41,237 bases of DNA from Lenisia limosa (taxonomy: Eukaryota; Protista; Breviatea): assembly GCA_001655205.1 (NCBI GenBank), contig LPNZ01003216.1:1-41237 (forward strand), read 5' to 3'. Below, piece after piece: positions 35,383 to 41,237 of this stretch. Position numbers and translations under genes: made by a program. The notes beneath the pieces were generated by a model, which ran no database searches, was not told the DNA's origin, and worked only from the letters and a program-made list of their open reading frames with translations. Position 1 is the stretch's first letter, and each line of letters starts with the position of its first letter.

Positions 35383-38300
35383 ATGAAGAAGCTCATTCTG
35401 CCCCTTGTGACCTTCATTCTTTCTTTATCTTTGCTGACCTCTGCCCAATTAGATGTTATTAGTAAGTTTGGTATTGCAAAACCATTTACATTATGAAAAA
35501 AGATTAATAAAGTATATTGTTTTGATGTTTTGTTGCATTTCTCCAACTGTTTTTCTTCGCCTTCTTGTGTGAGTTATATAATTCCACGAAGACAGTAACC
35601 TTTTTAGCATGTGACTGTATGAAACAACCTTTCTAATATTCTGTCCAACCTCCTTTTACATTTAGTTCAGGCATTGTTTTTCAAGAATAGTGTTTTGCTG
35701 ATTGTTATTCCCAAATCATTTTCATAGGTCCTGAACTCAATGGAGTGAGGGCAGTTGAGCTGGAATGCCAAATTAAGACAAGTGATGATGGAATAGCAAC
35801 ATGCAGCGGGAAGTGTGGTCAATATGGTAAAGGTAAGGGGGTAACGTGATAATAGTATGGAAATCACTTGATACGTTTTGAACTCAAGAAATGACATTCC
35901 AGGAACCTGTACCGCAACCTTCTCGCCATTGGGCAATATTCTCACTTGCAGTTGTTGCACCTGCCCCAAAGGTAAGTCAATATCATCACTGATGCAATAG
36001 AGTCGCCTTGTCATGTGGAGAAAAATGAGGAGACAGGGATTGAGTTCTGCGCAGGTTCATGCCCATTAGGGGAGGCCTGTACTGGGTACTATAACTCAAC
36101 AAGGGTGGGTTTCTTCACATTGTTAACTTAATAGAACCTCAACTGTTGCTGTTCTGAATGTATTGCTGATAGAAGTAAGTTACGAAATAACGCCATCGTT
36201 TCTTGACCCATCAGCATGTCACCTCGAGTATGATGGTGACTCAGTGAGTTGTGCTGGAAAGTGTGCCCCTGACCATTTGTGTACCCTCATCTACACGACT
36301 GGTGGTGAACCGTTCTGTGACTGTCGTGAAGGTAACAAATACATCAAATCAGGCTTACTTCATCAGTTAATAAGGAGTGTGAATTAGTGACTTTGAACGG
36401 CAAAACCGCATGTACTGGAGTTTGTGAAGAAGATGACGTAGGTAGAATATAACATGGATGCTTGCTTTCTCATTGTTTTAGATTTGCTTGGAAGTTAGAG
36501 GAAGCACGGGCGTTCTTGAAGACTGTCTTTGCCAAGACCCAGGTAGCATAACCATTTGAAATGAACCTGCAGATGTATGCCACGTGTATCGTAATGAGAC
36601 ACATGCATATTGCCAAGGCTCTTGTGATTCCGGTTATGACTGCGTTCCAAACTACATTGGATTCTGGTATGATGATGTTTTGAACCTTCTTCTTAACCAA
36701 CTCAGGCTTGAGAGTTGTGGCTGCCAACCCCCTGAAGAACGTTGCAAAATCATGGCAACTGAAAAGGGCGACATATGCGAAGGACATTGTCCAGATGGAA
36801 AATTCTGTGTTGCTTCGTACTTAGGTATCACTCGTAATTGAGTTTTGTTTATATCTTAGATGGTGAAATTGACACATGTTCATGCTGCGACTGTCCTCCG
36901 ATCATCACAGGTATTTTCACATTTCAATTACAATTGTAGAGTGCACGGCAACCCAAGATGTCTACGGTAGACCTTATTGTGCTGGCTCATGCAATGGCAC
37001 TGACGAATGCACTGGTTGGGCTCTTTTGAATGGTCATTAAAGAATAACATATTTCAAATTGTCCCATCGTTTCTATGAATTTTCATTTCCACCAAGTACT
37101 TTTAACACCATGTAGGATCATTCCTCCAGGATGGAACATTAGAATGCTGCTGTACCCCAGAATACAATGGTATGCTGTCTTGTCATGTATTGTGTAATAT
37201 TCTAGAAAAAGAGTGTCAACTTCGTGAGGGAGAAGACCAAGTAAAGATTTGTGCGGTTGGTTTCTGTATTGTTCTTGTCCCAGTTCATATCTTAGGGTGA
37301 ATGCCCAGTAATTAACGGTTATGAATCCAAATGTGACGCATTCTTTGATGCTTTCGGTACGTCCTACTAGTTACAAACCAGTGTGTCCTATATTTCACTA
37401 ATAAGGTAACGTTGCCTCCTGTCAATGCTCCGAATCAAACGGTATGACTAACTGGGCAAAAATTACCATTCAAACCGTCAAAAGGCATTTGACACTTTAG
37501 AATGCCGTCTTGATACTGAAGGCAAAGGATGTATTGGAATATGTCAAAATGGTTTGGGCTCCTTGAATATAACAATTAGGAAACCAGTGTACTGGTCTCT
37601 TCAACAGTGATGGGTCTCTTGAATCTTGCTGTTGTGCAAATTGCAGTATGTCACTGTGCAAAATGATAGCTAATTCACTGTAGAACAAACTTGCTATTTG
37701 AAGGTACTTGATGATGGTAAGCAACCCAGATAATGAATAATAATGGCATAAGTTAGGAATTTAGTTAATTTTCCCCTTTCCAAAATAGGTACAGCTGAGT
37801 GTACTGGAGGATGTGATGATGGATTAGAATGTTCCAGGGTCCTTGACCATGATGGTATGTGGAAAAAATTTGAAGTCACATTCCATTTCATCTTCACTTC
37901 CCTAGGACTATTGGTCGATTGCAAATGCAAAGAACAAGGTATGGAAAGCTGGCAACACTTAGTTTTGACCCATTTTTTAGGATGCCGTATTGAAGACGAT
38001 AAATGCACAGGTTCTTGTCCTGCAACTGGGGAAACATGCACCCAACGTTACGATGATAATGGTATTGTGGATGATTTTGACTGTTCATCTATCCAGGAGC
38101 ACTGAGTTGTGAATGTCATGAAATGGGTGAGCAGGGGATTTGAAATTGTCCTCTCCAGTTACTTTTATAATGATAATGAAGAGTGGAGGAGTGTATGGAA
38201 CCGGTCATATTCACTTTTAGCGTTTCTTTGGCATGATATGATGTGGTATCCACCATATGCATATGATATCCTTTTCGAAGAAACCCAGAAATATTGTAAT

Positions 38301-39984
38301 CTTCCAAGGATGCAAACAATGCAAGTGTGAGATGAGACTCATAAATGGCCGTCGCTTCTGCACCGGAACGTGTAACCAAGGGCTTAGGTACTGTCTTTGA
38401 TAATGTTTGGCGATAATTGTATCTGGTCTAATATGTACAGATGCGACGATGTCAGAGGTTCTGACGGTCAAATCAACGACTGTGTCTGCGAAAGTAGTAT
38501 GCTGAAATTTCACTTTGGAATTTGACATTTGGGATTGTAGACGATTGTTTTTTTGGCAAGTAAGTATGCCAAAATAATGACCCCAGGTGATTGCCACCTT
38601 GATTGGCAACCATGGAGATGGCCAAAGTGCGAAGGATTCTGTCCAGGTGCCACCCGGGTATGTGCACTAATTGAAGACGATGAAGGCAAGCCTGTTGACT
38701 GTGGCTGTTCCAACAGTACGTGGAGGAGTGGCTTATAGTTTTTGCTTTTGGAGAACCATTATATTTACTGTAGAATGCCAATTGGTCAATGACGGTGTGA
38801 CCAAGAAGTGTGTTGGGACCTGTACAACTGGTATGGAACCCCATTTCGTGATATTCAGGATTCAATTGTGACCTGGTTCGGAATAGCTTAGGTGAGCCGA
38901 TTGACTGCAGATGCGAGAACTACGATTGCCATATGGACTACCAGCCTTGGGGTGCACCAAAGTGCGAGGGTGAATGTCGTGGAAGTGAAAGCTTCTGCAC
39001 TCTCATGAAGGATGCCAACAACAAGCCGATTAATTGCGCTTGTGATGGACGTAAGTAGGGGTTGCCATTTTGGACGATACTTTGCTGCTATTTCACCGCA
39101 TAGGTTGCCGGAAAGTCAAAATAATTGGAGGACCTGACCAGTGCCGAGGATTCTGCACAGCTGGTGAGTTCTTTCTTGAGACAAATCATAAAGTCCGTTC
39201 AATTTATACTTCAGGTACACAATGTGAAAGCAGCTACGACTCAAAGGGACGACTGTCTTGTGGCTGCCAAAGACTATGTGGGCTTTGGTTCAGTAGTACT
39301 TTATGCTTTTGCCAATTATTGAATTTACCCCCCCCCCCCAGCTGAATGCAGGCTTGACTACACCCCCACCGGAACTCCAAAATGCGAAGGCTTCTGTCCT
39401 GGTGCGTCTTCTACTGTTTTTGAGAGTTCCAATTTGAATATTATATTGGCTCTTATTGCTTATTCTCAACTTGTAGGAGATACCACCACGTGTAATTTGG
39501 TCACCGACAACATTGGGCAGCCAATCAGCTGCAAATGCTCTCACGGTGAGGAACCACGATGTATGTGTATTATATGATCTATCTCAGCTATTGCTTTTTA
39601 GATCTATTATTATGTTAGCCGAAGACAAGCTAACAGTGAGTAGAAGACTGCCACAAAGAAACAGACATAAATGGTGGAGTATCATGTGAAGGCAAATGCC
39701 CAACCGGAGAGTTCTGTACTGCTGCTTATGGAAGTGATGGTGTTGACACGTGTGTCTGCTGCAATTGTCCTGGTTAGCTTCACCCATCTGGGCTAACCAA
39801 GGAGCTTTACGGTGTGACCTTGTTTAGGTAATCCCTGTCAGCCACCCCCATGCTATCCTGGTGTCACGTGCACCCCTCTGACTGGTTTGCTAAATGAAGG
39901 TCCAATATTGACGGCTTAGCAACGACCTACGTTTGTGGACCTTGTCCGCCCCCTTTAACTGGAAATGGCAAGATCTGTCTCTAA
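35383..39984 (+). CDS. Secreted Cys-rich tandem-repeat protein with C-terminal EGF-like module
   Basis: Signal peptide MKKLILPLVTFILSLSLLTSA; >=18 repeats centred on C-x-G-x-C; ends GNPCQPPPCYPGVTCTPLT|ATTYVCGPCPPPLTGNGKICL-TAA (thrombospondin/COMP-type EGF pattern); no TM or obvious GPI signal. Confidence 0.85.
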
Positions 39985-40292
39985 TTCAAGGTCATGCCCA
40001 GACAAGAAAAGACTTGATGGTTGCTGAGCAACGCCTGTTGCTATTTCTTAGTGAAAATACATATAATCTGATATCCTTATCCGATTGTGCTCTCGTCCAC
40101 TCAGCGTACAAAGGTCTGTAGCATTAAAACAGCAAGGAAGGGTCAGTCAGTAGAATAAAATGGAAACGCAGTCTGCTGTTTTTTTGTTCATATTGTTTAT
40201 ATTTCTTTTACTCTCTCTGTATAAGGCCAAGCCAGGTGGAAGACTAAGGGAAAGAATAGCTTCAGTCCCCCTGCCAACCATAAAGTGGTAGT

Positions 40293-41115
40293 TCAAGACA
40301 TCACTGGTAGTGTCACCGTGGTAGTCGTTACAAGCATAGTAGTACTCACCAGGGGATATATGCTGGTTGACAGTGTAATGGGGATTGGGGTTTGAATTTC
40401 TGGGGAGGGGGGGGGTAAGCGTCCTTCATTGCAATACAATTCACTCATCCCGCAAAAAAAAAACACAATATATAATATGATATGATATACTAGTATGAAT
40501 TATGAAATATATCATGATATATTACTACAATCATAGCAGTACGTAGCATATTCACATAATTATGTATTATATACATATCATATTTGGATTGAAATAGTAA
40601 TCAAAAATATTATATATAAAAATACTATACTATATGATATAGCAATATCATAGAGCTACTATGCATGCAACTTGTATGTTGCTCCCCAGAAAGTAAGTTA
40701 ATATCCAGAATAGCCTCTGACTGATAGAAAGGGAAGTTAGTCAAGGCAAGTTCCCCCATGTTGGAGTAGCCAGAAGATGCACTGGTAGGAAGCATGCCAC
40801 CTTGACTATGGTGTCCAGAGTGGGTCCTAATATCCTGAAATGGGTCACAAGTAGGCTCAATGAGGGCCTACTGAAAAAGGGTAAAATGAGCCGGTGCCTG
40901 TTTTGGCGTAATCGACCCCAGAAGTTGTGGAGAAGTCAAGTTGGGCATTCAAATCAGTACCCTGCATTGTGAGGTACAAATAACAACAAATACTTGATTA
41001 TAATCTTGGATCAAATCTGATAACACAATCAAATATCCTGTGACAGACCTTGCAGAAAAACCTGACCCTGCTGAATTCCATTTGGGACAATAGAGCAATG
41101 CTTGCCTAGAATATA
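40293..41115 (-). CDS. Hypothetical protein, 3' exons, 5'-partial
   Basis: Open minus-strand stretches with GT-AG flanks (DIRTHSGHHSQGG...LSGEQHT|KIQTPIPITLSTSIYPLVSTTMLVTTTTVTLPVMS*); frame choice uncertain. Confidence 0.3.
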
Positions 41116-41237
41116 AGTTTCAAAAGAGCTATATTTCACCATCAAGGGGCGTCGTCATATATTATACTATACATATCGATATAATACATACTATACACTG
41201 TATATTTATATATATATATATATATAGTAGTATATGC

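Noticed and set aside
40190-40400. Cupredoxin-like PGEYYYACNDYHG in one minus-strand frame
   Set aside because: Upstream splice phase favours a different, Thr-rich frame; single short motif is insufficient

Overview
Gene-dense, intron-rich eukaryotic (protist-like) DNA read with the standard genetic code and canonical GT-AG introns; the organism cannot be named from sequence alone. Gene models were spliced by eye and boundaries are approximate. Order: 3' part of an RCC1-like repeat gene (+); a head-to-head pair of ~10-11.5 kb paralogous genes (A on -, B on +) encoding large surface proteins (IPT/TIG-like, Cys-rich ephrin-receptor-like repeats, ~8-9 TM segments) separated by ~400 bp; an ankyrin-repeat gene (+); a family-16 (METTL21-like) methyltransferase (+); a two-domain rhodanese/MPST (-); a secreted protein with >=18 six-Cys repeats and a terminal EGF-like module (+); and the 3' end of a hypothetical gene (-). 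Most unusual structure is intronic: four families of tiny inverted-repeat (MITE-like) elements, TA-rich low-complexity expansions, tandem duplications that copy splice sites, and a sense-strand polarity of G-runs after donors and C-runs before acceptors, which also explains most of the nine N gaps. A ~130 bp near-identical exon+intron patch between the otherwise diverged A/B paralogs suggests gene conversion. No prokaryote-type system, CRISPR array, RNA gene or autonomous transposase was seen.
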